From positions 2,324 through 66,323 of the forward strand of contig CAZRBB010000004.1 in the NCBI GenBank assembly GCA_964598205.1: 64,000 bases of DNA, read 5' to 3'. The notes below the pieces were generated by a model that did not search any database, had not been told where the DNA came from, and saw nothing but the letters and a program-made list of their open reading frames with translations. Numbering within the stretch: the first letter of the stretch is position 1; each line of letters starts with the position of its first letter. Below are positions 63,996 to 64,000 of this stretch, one piece after another. The stretch comes from an uncultured Candidatus Saccharibacteria bacterium (GTDB lineage: Bacteria; Patescibacteriota; Minisyncoccia; CAIUEV01; JAHKAQ01). A program made the position numbers and the translations under genes.

Positions 63996-64000
63996 GGGGT

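Overview
This 64-kb window is low-GC and densely coded, with many small genes. The gene content is consistent with a reduced, anaerobic, probably Patescibacteria/CPR-like bacterium; that assignment is inference from content only.

Housekeeping genes I recognise: clpC, groEL (preceded by a perfect CIRCE operator, with no groES), rubrerythrin, desulfoferrodoxin, a 2x[4Fe-4S] ferredoxin, comFC, rbfA, nrnA, nfo, a family-4 uracil-DNA glycosylase, pgeF, tmk, two T4 gp1-like dNMP kinase paralogs, gatB, rpsP, an Elp3-like radical SAM/GNAT enzyme, tsaE and polA. There are four tRNAs: Asp, Phe, Arg and Tyr.

Two separate type IV pilus/T2SS-like loci are present. The first runs from 16.1 to 25.7 kb and has pilB, pilC, three large pseudopilins and pilM/N/O. 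The second runs from 50.8 to 63.5 kb. It has a Cys-rich protein, three pilins on the minus strand, pilM/N/O, pilB, a CheY-like receiver, pilT, pilC, two pilins and pilD.

The left end (0.65-6.1 kb) looks like an acquired islet. It carries an unknown membrane/TPR protein, a putative restriction endonuclease, an HhaI-like C5 cytosine methyltransferase and a tyrosine recombinase. A metallophosphoesterase gene and tRNA-Asp lie next to it.

The most unusual content is non-coding. Four short repeat families (A-D below) are interspersed through the intergenic regions:
- Family A is a GC-rich palindromic element of about 150-230 bp, with at least nine copies. Some copies carry nested hairpin modules of a second family (C), which also has one solo copy.
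- Family B is a second element with three copies. Each copy has its own flanking inverted or direct repeats.
- Family D is an AT-rich palindrome built on AATTACGAATTTTGAATTTCGATTAAA.
- A GIY-YIG nuclease ORF is bounded by 30-bp inverted repeats. A miniature ORF-less derivative of it sits inside one family-A copy.

The candidates I would follow up first are:
- the tandem pair of radical SAM/SPASM enzymes, which have no obvious precursor peptide and sit next to the Cys-rich pilus-locus protein;
- a prepilin with a roughly 45-aa lysine-rich leader of tandem MKTK repeats;
- the repeat families, especially family A.
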